NCBI GenBank assembly: GCA_050084985.1
Contig: JBITNC010000001.1
Span: 140,120,001-140,184,000, forward strand
Reading direction: 5' to 3'
DNA from: Nageia nagi
Taxonomy: Eukaryota > Plantae > Pinophyta
DNA: 64,000 nucleotides
The notes under the pieces were generated by a model. That model was given only the letters and a program-made list of their open reading frames with translations. It was not told the origin of the DNA and made no database searches. Of the stretch, positions 40,601 to 55,050 are shown in pieces (position 1 is the stretch's first letter; every line of letters begins with the position of its first letter). A program made the translations under genes and the position numbers.

Positions 40601-43409
40601 AAAATCATAAATTTGTAATTTTATGTTTATCATCATAATTAAGAATGTTGTCATAAAATTTATTTAAAATATTCAATGCATGCATAGGATATAAAGATCT
40701 ACAATGGTTACTTGGTTATCTTTATACTTCTCGAGTTGGTTGTTTTTGAAATTTGAAAGAGATGGGGAGAAAGAACACAAGTATGTAATTGATAGAAAGT
40801 ATGAACAAATCCAAATACAAAAAGATTCAAATGAATAAAATAAACCATGTTAATGCCTTAAATATGCTTCATGAATTTAGCTTTTGAGGGAGTAATTCCA
40901 ACCAACAATAAAGTTCAAGATAAGTACAACGAAAGTTAAAAAGCCTAAGGGAAATTATGTAAAAATGATACACAGTAGGATATAAAGTCCAATAATAATT
41001 GAAATTTCTTACTTTTAGCAATTTAAAATGAATTGAGCTATGTTGGAACAAAGTATAAGCATAAGTAAAGAAATAATACCTTTGGGAAAAAGTAGTAAAT
41101 TTGAGTTCCACATTTTTTTCAACTTTGTGTGGTATGCTTAACTATAATAAGTAATGAAAGCATATCATTTAATGCAAAGAAAAAGAATAAAGGGTTCATA
41201 AATGGCTAACTCATGAACAAAATTGTTGAAAAGTATTATTGGTACTTGCTTAGGTTTATATAGGCATAGGATATTGCAAATTCATGTAGAAAATATTGTT
41301 AGAGAAGAAAAAAATACTACTTACTACTACTCATGTTATGTCAAAAATAAGTTTTACATTTACTTATAGAACCAAGTTACAAGAACTACTTTAATCCTCA
41401 TTGATTTGTCATAGTAAGGATTAACAAGTATTTGCTTATTTCCAAATTGCTATAGCAAGGACCACCAAGCACACATGGTGACCTTATTGTACTATATTAA
41501 AATGAAGTAAATACCATAAATTACTTATAGGGATCTTGTTGCATTATATCAAAAAGTTGAATCAAGGACTGGCCAAGTGTGTGATGGAGACCATGCATAT
41601 GTTTAAATATTATAATAAGGACTACCAAGTATTAATTAGGATCTTATTATGCTTTTCTAAAATGTTGCTATAAAGAGACCTAAGAGGGAATGGGAACCTT
41701 ATTGTGCCATGTTCAAATGCTTTACCCTTAAATACATGTTGTGATAACCTTTTTCTTTTAGTTATCATAATCCAAGTAACACAAGCATGTTTCATTATAT
41801 TGGAATGTTTATTATAAGCACTTTCAAATATCCATGAAACCTTGTTGCTATTAATAAGTTCCACAATAAATATATCCACAAGATGATGATAATTCATTAT
41901 ACTTACTTTACTTAAAAAGTGTTAATTCTTACTTTATTAACCTTTTATAATAGGTAGATTGCATTATTGAAGAAATTTATCTATCTAAAAAGATATATAC
42001 CTAAAATAAGTTGCAAATAGGTAACAAGTTTTAATATGAATATATTATGAATAAGATCAAATGATCATTATAAATTATAATGGATCAATGAACTTATTTT
42101 ATTGATAAGATAGTAGAATCTTTAACTAATTGATTTATCATTATAGATATAAAAATAAATTTGCAAACAAGTTAAAGCATATGAGTTTTTATATCTAAAT
42201 GTAAATTAATAATGCTAAAATGATAGGCTAAACTAAATGCTAAGTTAGGATCAATAAGATATGTAAATGATATTGTACAAATGGTATTTACAAGTGAACA
42301 AACAAAGAAGGCTTACTTAAATGAGATAAGCTAGTGACCAAGATGATGGTCTTGCAAGGTAAAAAAAATTTAGAGGTTTTGATGTTTGTGGTAAATGCTA
42401 TAAGGGATAATGGATAACCTTAATGGAAATTAGAAATCCTCCTCTATTAGTAGCTATTATTGATAGTTGAATTATATAGATAAGAATGAAAATAATTATT
42501 CTGAATGATATCACCTAGTTTAATATGTCATTTTGGTCAATATACCTTCTTTTAACCATAAATAAGCATCTTGAAGTGATAGGAATTTAAATAAGAAATA
42601 TTTTAAATCATCTATTATCTATAATGAGATTTCATATCATTTGCAATTTAGAATATGGAAGCTTCCCAAGGTATGTTGAAGGATTTTCGGGGTTTTTCAA
42701 ATGATATAGATAAGAACATGCATCAATAACCAAGAAAATGCATGAAAGAATGTTGCTTCACCATGTGTAAGATGAGAAATGATGAACTTTCCAAGTATGA
42801 TTTATGATAAGCTTAGTAATCTCTCATGCTCTTGTATTCCTACTTAAACTTCCAAATGAAAGGGAAGGGTTTTTTTTTTTTCAGAAGATAAGTAATTTTT
42901 AAGATGATATTAGGTACATAAAAATGAAAAATAATTTTATAATGACCCTTAATTAGGTTTATTTATTATAGTTTTAAAGTAATAATTTATGATACCTACA
43001 TTATGCATTTTATAAATATAAAAATTAAATGTAAGTATCTTCAATTTATCCCTTTTGTGGAATGTGGAAAAGGGTGAGAACTTGAGATCGCATACACCAA
43101 AGTGAGGAAAAATTATATAATACTTAATACTGTTAAGATTATTGTCTTACTTTTGATTATTTAACTAGGAAAGAAAATTTTACACAAAATGATAAGAATG
43201 AAATGATTGAACCTATTCTAATACATTGAGGGACCTATTCTTTCTCCAAGGGCAAGAAAGCATGAGCATGGATGAGTAATTTTAGAGGTGAATGTCATTT
43301 GTTTTCACCTTTTCTTTGATATTATTGTGAAAATCTATTCTTAAGAAAGTAAAAGCACAAATAGTAAGATGATAAATTTGAAACTTATTTTATGCCTTGA
43401 GGATTCATG

Positions 43410-44050
43410 ATAACTATGATAATATCATTAATCAACTAAAATCTACATAAGTAAAAATAGTAATTTATGGATTAATCCAAACACCAACATAATATAGAGA
43501 ATAACTTTTAGAGGAGTTTAAAAATAAGTGGCATTCCTTCATTACACCCATAATCATTTGATTAATTTGTAGCATGTATTAGATCAAGCACGAAATTATC
43601 CACTAATTTTTACAACCATGAATTTCATCATGGAGGGACCAATTCAAAATTATCACCATTATATGTTATATATGTGGTTGGAAATAAAACTTTCAAATGC
43701 ATTCTAATTGATAGCGGACCAAGCATAAATATGATTTATTTAGTGGAATTAAAGCATCTAAACATTCTAAATAGTTACATCATGGCACCTCATATGCTCT
43801 TGAGAGCATTCAATGATCAACCATATATAACCTTAGGAATAATGATACTACCCATAGAAGTAAGTATCAAAACAATACAAACAATATGTCACATCATCAA
43901 AGGTGAAATGAAGTATAATTCCTTTTAGGAAAGTCATGGATACACAAAATGAAATTTAAACCTTCAATAATACATCAATATTTAAAATATGAGTTTTAAG
44001 ATATTATCCATTATTTCCTCGTCGATCCTAATCCTTTGAGTTTTGCAACT
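43410..44050 (+). mobile_element. Tat/Ogre-like gag-protease remnant
   Basis: IINQLKST*VKI, ILIDSGPSINM (aspartic protease DSG), YNSF*GKSWIHKM..PSIIHQYLK. Confidence 0.75.
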
Positions 44051-45049
44051 TATCCAACACCTTTGCATAAGAGTTTATTACATCAATAATCAATATAATA
44101 TAATAATCAAATCAAAGAAGTATATCAATAATATAATATCAAAAAATAACATTACATAACAAAAATATCATCTATTAGCATATGGGAGTATAAGCCAACA
44201 TTATCAATTCTAATCATCCCTTCTTTAAAAGATATAGAAAATTCCAACTCATAACAATACAACAACATTATAAATGATAACATAAATAATACATTAAATG
44301 TTGAATACTCAAACAATAAGGAAAATGATAATGTTAAAATTCATGCCACTAAAGTAACCTAAATGATAAATCCTTGAACATAAATGGTATCAAAATAAGT
44401 CCAATTACACCCTTAAAATAATTGATCTCTAGATACAATGAAATCCCTTGGATCCTTAAGCCCTATAAACCTTAATGATCAAAATACCTACATAATCATC
44501 TAAATGCACAATCAATCTTCCATCCATTATACCAATTATCATAACATTCCTATCACAAGCATGGTAAACCCATAGTTCATCCAAAGTACACCTTCCCTTC
44601 ATCTAAATAAAGGAGAGTGAAAAAATTCATGAAAAAGTAGGGATCATTTTAACCACGAATATTCACTAATAAGCAAATTTTAGAAATTTTAAAAATGGAA
44701 AATAGCAAAATTTTGGGTTAGAATAATACCCATTTTGCCAAAAACATTTATGGTTTTTTTTGGCCTAGGTCACCAAGTCAAATTTAAATTTTTATTAAAT
44801 CGTCAATATTTTGAAATAATAAATAATCAAATTTACCTTGAAATTACAAATTATTATTTATATTTTGATTAAATCACCCCATATAAATATCTTAATCTAA
44901 ATAATAAATTTGATACATCCATTGTTATTTTCTTTTGGATCTCCTTTGAGCAAGTGTATCAACAAAGCCTACAGAATCTAAAAAGAGTTGCAATAATCAG
45001 TAAGATCTTATTCTAAATCTTATTATGTTTTGTAATATTTGTAATTCAC

Positions 45050-45150
45050 ATATGCCTTTGAATGGCAGTAGATGCCTCTAAATAGTCTCATATGCCTCCA
45101 AACGATGGCATCTACCATTGAATGGTGGCATTTGCCTCTAGATGATGACA
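45050..45150 (+). repeat. 20-bp degenerate tandem repeat x5
   Basis: atatgcctttgaatggcagt / agatgcctctaaatagtctc / atatgcctccaaacgatggc / atctaccattgaatggtggc / atttgcctctagatgatgac. Confidence 0.7.
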
Positions 45151-45167
45151 TATTTTAAATACGATAG

Positions 45168-48100
45168 TGATGAAATCAACCCTTTTTGAATTAATTTCTA
45201 ATCTACCAAGATCTCAAGAAGGTACTCACAACATCAACATAATAGAATAATAACACAAACCAATCTCAAAATAAACACATGAAGTAAAGTGGTTCCTCCG
45301 TCCTTAGGAGTACATCCACTAATCAAGATCTTCTTATTCTCAAGGACCTCTCTTACAAGATCTCTTTCTATCTCTCCTAACTCTAAACCTATAGCATAGC
45401 TTTGCTTCCAAGTTATCTATTATGAGAAAGGGGTATCCCTCTATTTATAAGATGAAACCCACTCTTTAACCTCCCTTTTACCCAAGGATAAGGTTAAAGC
45501 TTTTTTCATATTTCTTACCTTAATACTTTAAGGTATCTAGAGATACTTTAAGCATTAAATAGATTTACATCAAAGAGAGGTATTATATAATATTAAATTA
45601 TAAATTCTAACACTCCCCCTTAATGCAATATTGGGATAGAGCATAGAAGAAAGAAGGAAGAGAGAGTTCTCCTCCATAGAGATACAAGTGGAGATGAGAA
45701 CTTTTACATCTTTGAAAAATAAGCAAGATATTAGTTTGAGACTCACTACTTTACCATTTTACAAAATGATTTACAATACAATCATTAACCATAACTAGTT
45801 TCACTATAAAGAGTAGTCAATCAACACCAAGTTGACATGTGAGCCTCCATGAGCTTGCCCACTTGAAGTAAGTCCCTGCATTCTCAAGAAGAAACATGCA
45901 AGCTATAAGCAACTCAAAAACAAGATCAATTATATGTATCATATAAATATTCATATCAACATAGGATAAATGAACTAAGTAATATCATCCAGAAACTAGC
46001 CAATGATGCTCTATAAGTCATCATGAAGATGCTAAGCCAATACTCATAGTCACCTGTTGTATATTAGGAAACATGTGTTGATAAATATCAAAAAATTGAT
46101 TATATGCACATATGAATCCCTCACATATGGATAACCAAACAATGCCAAAATGCACATACTAATTCCTCACATAGTGATAACAACAACCAAAATGTACCAT
46201 GAGTTCCTCATACAAAATGAACTAACCATGAAGGTGTACTTTAAGATCAACACTATACAAAAAGATATCCTTTAGGGATGAAGTTGTCATCACAAACATG
46301 AATTTAACATAATAATTCAAACTTCACTCCCCCTTGAGGATAACTTCACTCCCCCTTGAGGATAACTTCACTAACCAAAAGAAACTTTCAAAGTGTGCAC
46401 AACATAGTTTCTGAAGTGATCTAGTGAATAAATCAAGAGAGTCAAAGTTAGATGAATAGAACCACAATTGTTCTATCAAAAACTTGCTCCCTAATATAAT
46501 GTGCTTGGATTTGTGGTCCACTATAAGTCATCACTAAGATACCAAGCTAATACTTATAATCACCTAGTGTATGAGCAATGTGTATAAATAAAATAATTTA
46601 CTCAACAACTTTATTAAGAAGAAAGTAGTTACAATATATATGGATTCAATAAGAATTCAACCTTTACTCCCACTTGAAGGTAAATTTACCAACCCAATAG
46701 AATCCTTGAGCTTGTAGAATTGACCTTTAGAAAGGGGTTTGGTGAATAAATTAGTAGAGTTTAGGATTGATGGACAATACTGCAAATGTAGAAGACCATC
46801 TAAACCTTCTCCCTAATAAAGTGGGCTTGGATTTCTACGTAATTTATTCTCTTATGGAAAACATGATTCTTTGCCAAAGCAATAGCTAACAAATTATTTG
46901 AAGAAATTTGAAATGAACAAACTTGCTCATACCTAATTTCTTTTAAAAGATACCTCAACCAAATGGCTTCCTAGGTAGCAACTAACATTGCTCAATATTC
47001 AACCTCTATGGTGGAGAGAGAAATAATAGGTTACTTCTTAGAAGCCTAAGAGATAGAACCTAAACCAATGCTAAACACATAAGAAAAGGTTGATTTTCTA
47101 TCATGTTTGTCTCCCCCATAGTTAGAATTTGAGAATCCTAAGAGAACAAATGAGAGAAACTTTTCATATTTGAGAGAAAGATACTTAATGCTCATAAAAT
47201 ACCTCAAAATTTTCTTAACTACATTGAGATGCTCAACATAGGGCTTCTACATAAATCATTCCATCAAATTCATGACAAAGGCAATATCTGGCTTGGAGAT
47301 AGTTATAGCATCTTCCAATTGAGAATTAAAACTAAGAGATAAAGTGATTCCAAGAGAGATTGGGATTGTAGTAGGTTTGCACACCTCCATTCCAAACTTG
47401 TGAAAGATATCTGAGATAAACTTGGATTGACTAGTTATCTTTTGTCTTAGAGAGTTCTTCTCCTAGTTGACATATCCACATTAACATCCATTTAGTCAGG
47501 TGTAATAGAAGAGTCATCAACATCATCTAGGTTCTCATAAGAAGCAGATTATTCAAGAAGTTCATTAAACTTCACATTCCTCAACATAAAGATAGCTCTA
47601 GAGGAAGGTAGGTAGAGCCTATAGCCTCTATGCTAATTTTCATAGCCCATAAAGATGCACTTTTCAAATTTCTTATCCAGCTTCTTTCTTTTCTTAGGAA
47701 TAACAAAGGCATAAGCATCACAACCAAAGACCTTAAAGTGAGAGTGTAGACACCTAAAAATGAATTATTATTATTTAAATAATTCATTTTCTACCATTAA
47801 GGATATTTATTATAAAAAGAGGTTAAAATAATACCCAAGGCAATATAATCAATGTAATGGACCATTGTATAATATAAGAAAGGGTTAAATGTCTAAAAGA
47901 CTCCTCAAATGATGTAATATGCAATGATCCCAAGAATCCAATAAGATAAGGATGTTGTTATATAAATACATCAAATGCAACACAAAAGGTATCATGCAAG
48001 AGTACCAAAGATTCTAAGAGACTCCAACAAATGCAATATCACTCTATCATACCAACAATAATGTTTTGTAACACTACCTCTGCATAGATTTGTTAAACCC

Positions 48101-49347
48101 TTCATTTTGCTCTTACATACTTTTATTATATTCATAATTCTATTTATTCCACAACATTAGTGATGTAGCACTTATGGGTCATTGGTGGCTTAAATATGGA
48201 TGAATGCATGTTCGTGTTTGATGAATGGATTTCTTTATGTGACGTTTATGTGATTGTGATGAAGGTACATTGATTATCATTATTGTTGTTATCATATTTT
48301 TTACATATGCTTTAATAAAATATTGTAGATAAATAGTGCATCAATTTCATCATTTATGCATTATTTGAGGTCTATAGAGAGATGCTAGGTTTCTTTCCCA
48401 TCCATGCCTTACATAAGATTTTTCCTTAAACTACTTTTGTAGGACATCTGTTTAAGATGTAGATTGCAATATTTATAGCTTCACCCCTTAATAAGCTAGG
48501 AAGATATCCCAACATACATCTTGCCATTTCTTAAATGGTCCTATTCATCCTTTCAGCTACATAATTCTATTGAGGGGTGTAATAAATCAAAAACTATCTC
48601 TTGATCTCATATTTGGTATAATAATAATAAAATTTATTACTATTATAGTCACCTCCATTGTCAAATCTCAACATCTTAATTTTTAATCTAGACTAATTTT
48701 CTACCAAGGCTTTCAAATCTTTGAACCTATCAAAGGTTTGATCCTTATGATCTAGAAGATAACCAAATATCATGTTGCTGAATTCATTGATAAAGGTAAA
48801 GACATAAGATGCTCCCCTAGGAAACTTAGTCAAACATGGACTCATCAATTCTAAATGCACAAGCTGAAGAGGATGTGTTTCCCTAGTTGCCTTATCTTTT
48901 AGAATTTGTTTTCAATTTATTTTGCCTAGGATGCACTTCTCATAAAGGTCAATTATGGGTGATATCATAGGTAAACCTACCACAAGTTCTTTATCTTTCA
49001 TAACTTGAATACTCTTATGGCTAAACTTGTCTAATAGATGGTACCAAAGATTTTCCCTAGAACAAACATTTGTAGCAAGGCACATCTTTATTGGATATTG
49101 ATCCATAATGTAGAGATCATCTTTCATTGATCATCTCACTAAAGTGGAAATTCTCTTTTTCATGCACTAGGAGTGTGATTTAAACTTGAAAGAGTAACCT
49201 TTCCTTACAACTTGAATTATAGAAAGAAGGTCCACAATGAGTTTAGGCACATAAAGCATATTCTCAAGAACCTCTCTTACAAGATCTCTTTCTACCTCTC
49301 CTAACTCTAAACTATAACATAGCTTTACTTCTAAGTTATCTATTATG
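45168..49347 (-). mobile_element. Rearranged Ty1/copia element (pre-integrase, integrase, RT end, RNase H, 3' LTR)
   Basis: NLWYH..VGLP..CILGK (48912-49127). Integrase split by a solo LTR. RT end GFSNSNYGGDKHDRKST..ASKK..LSTIEVEY. RNase H ..LFTKPL. PPT ctccccctt at 45613-45621. LTR 45168-45612. An 87-bp LTR copy at 49261-49347 matches 45339-45425. Confidence 0.85.
47745..48376. mobile_element. Solo LTR inserted in the copia integrase
   Basis: Termini tgtagac...gtctata (CA>TA decay). Perfect 5-bp TSD gagag at 47740-47744 and 48377-48381. Confidence 0.8.
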
Positions 49348-49478
49348 ATGGTATCTTGCTATCTCCTAGTGGTATTTTGCTACCTATTTCTTCCTCCTGG
49401 TAGTAGAATACTTTCACTCAATAGCATACTATTACTACTCAGTAGCATACTATTGTTGCTTAGTAGCATCGCTCAATA

Positions 49479-50017
49479 TGATGCACGTTACTAGAGCCAT
49501 AACTTTTGACTATTTTGTCCATTTGCCTTGAAATTTAAAAGGTGATTTTGCATATGTGTTTTTCATTTGGCTAATCTTCAATTTACTAGTCCCTCCCAAA
49601 ATCATATTTTTGGTACCTAACTCCTCCATCTAGTGTCCCAAAATTAGCTTTTGCTTTATGTTCTCAAGAGTTTTAAGCTTTTTTGTATGCTAGAATTTTA
49701 GTATTTTTTGTTATACATTAAGTTGAGTCTCAATATTTTAAATTAATGCTAATTATTATAAGAGGGATGCACATGCCAATTTTGGGCACACCAACTCATT
49801 TTTATTTTTAGTTATTTTTAGAAAAAGTCATTTTTAGGGTTACTTTAGGGTTTCTTTGATTTTTTTGTTGCTATATGATGGATTGTATTCTCTTGAAGAA
49901 GTAGTGTGAATTCATGAATGATAAGAGTACGATTTTTTAGGTTTCTTCCATTATATTACATTTATATTATGTGATTGGAGTCCATTTTGTTGGTCTCTTG
50001 TAGCTAAATTCACATCA
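49479..50017. mobile_element. Solo LTR
   Basis: TGATG...CATCA termini. Perfect TSD caata at 49474-49478 and 50018-50022. It interrupts a ~21-bp agtagcatactat repeat that resumes after it. Confidence 0.82.
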
Positions 50018-51819
50018 CAATAGCATATTGCTACTGCTCGATAGTAGACTCCAACAAAACTCTTTAAATTTGCCAAAAAAATCTATATGAATTTTTTTTT
50101 ACCTTCAAATTCATCTTTGTAATTTTTACATTTTTTAAAAAAATTGCCTTACCTATGAATCCAATTCACCAAAAAATTTCCAAGTTACTTTTGAGGAAGG
50201 GCTCTTAAAATGAACCCTGTGTAAAAGGTAACAAAGCATATTCTTTTGGGGGGATATCATACATATAATAAATTGACCAAATATATCCTTACTGGGATAT
50301 ATCATACATCACATAAATCAATAAAATAAATTCCTATATAGTATATTATATTGGAGTATCCCTACTAGGAGACTTTATATATCATAGAAATTAACTAAAT
50401 ATATTTCTAGTCTTGAATGGAAACCCTAATCTTATTATCAGTCTAAGGAAGAAGTTATAAGGCCTGAATTATTAACCTTTTTGATAAATTCTTTACTTAA
50501 ATATTCTAGTTTAGTAAAACATTATTATTATTCAAAATCATAACAAAGTAGAAAATTAAACAAAAGCTGGAGTTTTGATCTACTCACATTAGAACCCAAC
50601 TACATGAAGCTTTGATATCATCAAAATTCTTACCGAGAGTATTGGAATGAGCTAAGGATTATGAATAAGACAAAAATGAGCTAGGTCTAAATCTCTAATC
50701 CTCCTAGAAAGTGAAGGTGTTAAATATGGAACATTGAGATGTCCAAATCGACACCGAAAGATCAAAGTCCTAAAAATATAAAGCATAAAAAAGAATCATG
50801 AGGTGTGAAATTTGGAACTTTGAAATGACCATCTTAACATAATATTTTTGGTAGTTCAAAACTCCATAAAAGCTAGTAATGATAACAAGAATAACAAAAG
50901 GAAGTTTAGGCTCAAGTCAAATAAATGTGAGTTCAAAATTTTTATAATATCCAAATTTCATATCAACATGATACAACTAAAGTTCCATAAAATAATATCA
51001 AGATCATGAAAGAATTAAAAATTAAAACTTTTGAAGAGTTGATCATGTCAACAAAGCCTCCTAGATAAAGTTATCATTGGGATAGCAACATATCAACTCT
51101 ATCACTGAATCTCTCATTTAGAGAAATAATGATAACATGTTGAAATGCTTGATAAAGGTAGAATCAACACATATGATGCACTTTTATGTTTATAATTTTC
51201 ATACTTAAATGAACATACAAAGAAGTGATTTCTAAAAGTTATCAATGTTACTAGCATGTTACTAGAAGAGGAATGAGCACTATGAAATGTGCAAACAATT
51301 TCAAAGAAGGAAAAATCACATTACCAAACATGCATATAAATTAAAAATATTGCAAAAATAATTCTCTATTAAGTAAATAATCAATAATCACTATTGTACT
51401 GATATGTATTGTAGCTTATGCCCACCATGTAGCCTACATGCATTAGATGTGTAGTTTTTATAATTTAGGATTTATTTTAATATCATAAAAATCTATAAAT
51501 GGAACATAGGTTCATGTAAAAGGGTCAAATATTTTAGTATTCATACCTTTGTAAATAATTTGTATTAATTTTTAGTAATAAATTCAAAGTTGTTTGACCT
51601 CCTTCTAATCTAAGTTTTATATGCATTTATCATTGATGGTTAATATTTATACTTATGTTAGCTTCTAGTAGCTAAGGTTGAAATCTATCTATTAGGGGAT
51701 GAATTATAGTGAAGCTTAAGTTGTTCACTTAATTAAGTATATGGTTATTAGTTGAATATTATAAAGCTCAATTCTACATTGGACTAATTTTCTCGAGCTT
51801 ATATTTTTCTTTTCAATTT

Positions 51820-52030
51820 TTTGGTAGTCCACCCTTGTGGATTTATACCTTGGAATTAGATTCCATGTCTAAGGGGTTATCTTTTGTCAAAGTCACCTAG
51901 GATTTGCATCCAACCTCATCCATGCCAATATGAAACCTTCAATTGGACTTTGTAATATGTCACCAATGTGTGAAGGGGGAGATTTTTGAACTTGGGTCTC
52001 TCTTTTAACACTTGAGCCTATCATTTTCTA
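51820..52030 (-). mobile_element. Possible decayed tRNA-derived SINE
   Basis: Revcomp contains gacccaagttcaaaaatctcc (box B-like) at ~51975-51997 in a GC-richer patch. No TSD resolved. Confidence 0.3.
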
Positions 52031-52629
52031 AACTTTCTTCTTGTATTCTAAAATTTTAAGGATTTGACCTTCTTGGAATAAACCATCTTGATCAAGAGTA
52101 TTTTTATACACTCATGTTCTAAATTCATCCAATATACACATTACTCAAGGGTGCATAATATTTTAAATATTACATTAGGTTGATCAAAAATGTATTTTTC
52201 TAACATGTCTAGAAGGATAAATTATCTAATTATATTACTTATAAGGTTCAAATTTAATCTTATTGGTCACTCTATTGTTAAATTTGAATATGAAATTTTA
52301 TGTTTATAATATCCAAGTAAAAAAGCTTGAAGAACTTTAATAATAGTTATTCTCATTACTAGATTCCACTTTTAAAAGTTGAATGTACACTAGATCTCTT
52401 TTCCATTAAAAATCTAACTCATCTACAAGTTAGAATATGAAACCCAAATCCCTTTTATATCATGATTATTTAAAGGATATATCTTATATAGGACAATACC
52501 AAACCATTGACTATCCAAAATCCTAAAGGGATTTCGATAACAACTTAAAACAAGTTACCCGAGTTTAACAAAAATAAGAAGATATTATATGAACATTATT
52601 AATATGTGGCTACTTTAGCCATACTTTAC

Positions 52630-53000
52630 AACATCATGTATGAGAATGTGATGATTATGTTATTTTCCCTCTCTTTCAATGGGAAATTTCTATCATGGTA
52701 TCATTCTTTGGAAAATAATAGCTAGGTGTAACTAGCTTATTCATTCCTACAAGAGTTTAATGAAGTTGATGATTTATTCTCTCTTCTCATGTGGTTCATC
52801 TTAATCTAGAGGTAGCTTCAAGAGAATATTATTGAATTTAATATTATATTAAATAATATATAGAAATGAATCTTACAAAATATGAGTCCTTCCCCACCTC
52901 AAGCATATATTTATTACCTTAGAAATTTTAGATCATAATTAAGGCTTGTATATCAGCAAGGCAATGAAATGAGGTTCCCATATATCTATTAAGTGATTGT
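52630..53000 (+). mobile_element. Retrotransposon gag fragment
   Basis: YENVMIMLFSLSFNGKFLSWYHSL matches HEDV.MRLF..SL.G.A..W..L. Confidence 0.6.
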
Positions 53001-53562
53001 CTATATTGAGAATTCTCTAACCTTAGTTAGGGATTTACCTTTGAAAATTATCATACATTATTTTGTAGAAGTTCCCCAACTCACACAACAATCTCCACTT
53101 TCAATTTTTTCATCTCTTCCATTAGCTTTGTTATCTCTTATTCCAACATCAAAATCTTGAACCAATCATTGAAGATTTATCCTTCTTATCATTATCATGT
53201 CCAAATACTAAAGAATCTATATAGATTTACAAATTGAATAATATAGTTAATAATATGAGAATCAAAAGATAAAATTATGCAAGAATGTTTAAGGGATATC
53301 AACAAATAAATATTCCCTCTATCATGACAAAATAAGGAGCTTCAACAAGCAACAAGGTTCATTTTAAGACTCCTATCCAATTTTTTTTATTGAACCAAGG
53401 CGAATATGATTCATCGGGTTGGAAATTTTCATCTAGAGGTGTTTATAAATGAAAGAAAATTATATTCCAAAAAATAAAAAAAAGTAGAAATTTTTGGTGA
53501 TTTGTTTTGCAATTTTCTCTCGTGAAAATAGCAAATCTCTATACTTTTCCACATCACAATTG

Positions 53563-53680
53563 CCAATTGGTTGCATGGTGCTACTAAATGGTTGTATCAT
53601 GCAACCATTCAATTGCATAATGCAACTTGATGGTTCATAATACAATCATTTGATTGCATGATGCAACCATATGGTTGTAG
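53563..53680. repeat. ~21-bp tandem repeat with palindromic core ggttgcatNatgcaacc
   Basis: About 5.5 units, e.g. ggttgtatcatgcaacc and gattgcatgatgcaacc. Confidence 0.75.
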
Positions 53681-54169
53681 GAGAACTAGTTGAGAATTTC
53701 ATAATATTTGAAATCAAAATGATAAAATTAAAATGATAAAAATCTAACTAGTTAGCTATAGATTCATTGTAAATTGCTTGGTACACTCAAACACATACCA
53801 ACTATGTATTTAAATTTAACTATAAAGTATAGTGTTTGTTTAGATCATTATCAAATGTGTGTAAGAGGTGATTTGGTTACGTACTATATATATTGATATA
53901 AAATTTTGGTAATTATTTCTATAAAGTAATTTGGAGGGTTAGAGATGGTATATAAAAAAATTAAAGGCTTATAATTTTTTTTGCAAGATGATCCTTATAA
54001 TTTAAAAAACATATAAAGTTTTGGTAACTATGCATCATCATGTATTTCCAAAATTCATTAAGTCAAAATTTAGAAATCCTAAAATTTGCTTATAAGTGAC
54101 TATTCATGGCTAAAATTTTTCTTGACAAGCAATGTCATTAAGAGGATGAATGTAATGATTGAAGGATTT

Positions 54170-55050
54170 AAAGATGAAGATCCTACCAATTCCAAATAAA
54201 ATTATTTTTTATTATATAATTATACACATAATTTAGATACTTATCTAGTCTACCAACATTACTGTCAAAATATTATAGCTAAAAGACTATAGAAAGCTAC
54301 TTAGGAAGCAAACCTAGTCAAAATGAATATTAATATAGACTATGATTTTTGGATAGAAAGACCAATTGGGCCAAGTGGATTCAAACTCTCTAAAGAATTA
54401 GTAGAAGAAATTCTTAATTTGTAAATATTAAGAACTAAAGTTCACAAAAAAAATATTTATCCTTCTTCCTAGAGAGGGGACACTCAAACCAAACAAATTC
54501 CAAAACATTGAGGAAATTTTGATTGAAGAATAATTTAGAATAAATGAATTCTTATATGAAATCATAATATTGAAAGAGGAAATACTTGAGTCAAAACCTA
54601 CAAAAATTAAGATTTATGAAAGATTTTCTTTCATTCTCCTAAAATAGAAGTTAAAGGATAAGGAACAAATGCTAAAGTAAATGAAGGAAAAAGACCCAAC
54701 AAATTTGAATCCCTTTCCGATATAATATAAAGAGTTCTATAATACTCCATTTAAATACCCAATTTTTTTAGAAGATGATATAATATAGCAATAAGAGCAA
54801 AAGATGGTGTAATAGTATTCAAAAATATCTTTTGACTCAATAATGAAGGCTAAAAAATCTTAAAAGGCTTCCAAATAAGATATAATGGATAGATAAAAAA
54901 TAAATCCTTTACAAATGAACTTGCCAAGTGTATTCCTTAGACCCACACTAATGGAGCTTCTAAGACTAATGCAAGAAAACTTATTAAAAAATCAAATGAA
55001 TATTATAGAATCAAGTTTCATACAATAATAAAAAAGTTTGAGAAAAGGTA
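54170..55050 (+). mobile_element. Possible L1 LINE 3' remnant (start of RNase H-like domain)
   Basis: HTNGASKTN at ~54945 resembles KLNFDGASKGN. A-rich coding-like strand. Heavily decayed. Confidence 0.35.

Noticed and set aside
40327-40610. Tyr/Ile-rich ORFs
   Set aside because: Translation of a (TA)n microsatellite.
41200-41900. Possible transposase remnant
   Set aside because: Coding-like composition, but no motif could be assigned by eye.
53563-53680. CRISPR-like palindromic repeats
   Set aside because: No unique spacers, no cas genes and a plant TE context.
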